From Octopus bimaculoides (taxonomy: Eukaryota): 64,000 nt of DNA. Positions within the stretch are counted from its first letter, which is position 1, and each line of letters opens with the position of its first letter. The DNA lies in contig NC_068982.1 of NCBI RefSeq assembly GCF_001194135.2, positions 78,573,389 through 78,637,388 of the forward strand, written 5' to 3'. Below the pieces are notes generated by a model, which saw only the letters and a list, made by a program, of their open reading frames with translations, had not been told where the DNA came from and did not search any database. The translations under genes and the position numbers were made by a program. Shown here piece after piece: positions 63,890 to 64,000 of this stretch.

Positions 63890-64000
63890 ATATTTGAGTG
63901 TCTGTTTGTCCTCCTGGCATTACTTGACAACCAATGCTGGTGTGTTTATGTCCCCGTCAATTAGCGGTTCGGCAAAAGAGACCAATAGAATAAGTACTAG
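63890..64000 (+). mobile_element. SINE family 2, 3' half (runs off window)
   Basis: tgtttgtcctcctggcattacttgacaacc..tgtccccgtcaattagcggttcggcaaaagagaccaatagaataagtactag. Confidence 0.8.

Overview
This is an AT-rich, microsatellite- and N-gap-riddled animal scaffold window, not prokaryotic DNA. The tRNA-derived SINE families and RTE-type 3' tails resemble those of octopod cephalopods (inference from recall, not a database hit). No complete host gene is visible; only a few short minus-strand candidate exons can be supported. The window is a dense graveyard of transposons. Non-LTR elements: two Penelope-like relics (one with an intact GIY-YIG end), RTE LINEs, a decayed L1/Tx1 ORF2 (APE-RT-CCHC), an R4/Dong-type RLE LINE between (TAA)n tracts, and a CR1/Jockey scrap. 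DNA elements: two Helitron lineages, several mariner, Tc1/maT and Tigger elements, a Merlin relic, and TTAA-flanked piggyBac-like MITEs. A nested CsRn1-type Gypsy cluster lies at about 55.3-59.2 kb. The most unusual signals are: (i) a 33-nt tRNA-Trp-complementary primer-binding site (PBS) plus tandemly reiterated LTR-end+PBS units in the Gypsy cluster; (ii) a C4HC3 PHD-like finger inside the RTE reverse transcriptase; (iii) two minimal hammerhead ribozyme motifs; (iv) two long near-perfect hairpins/palindromes. All family calls come from motif recognition by eye, and element boundaries are approximate unless TIRs or LTRs are quoted.
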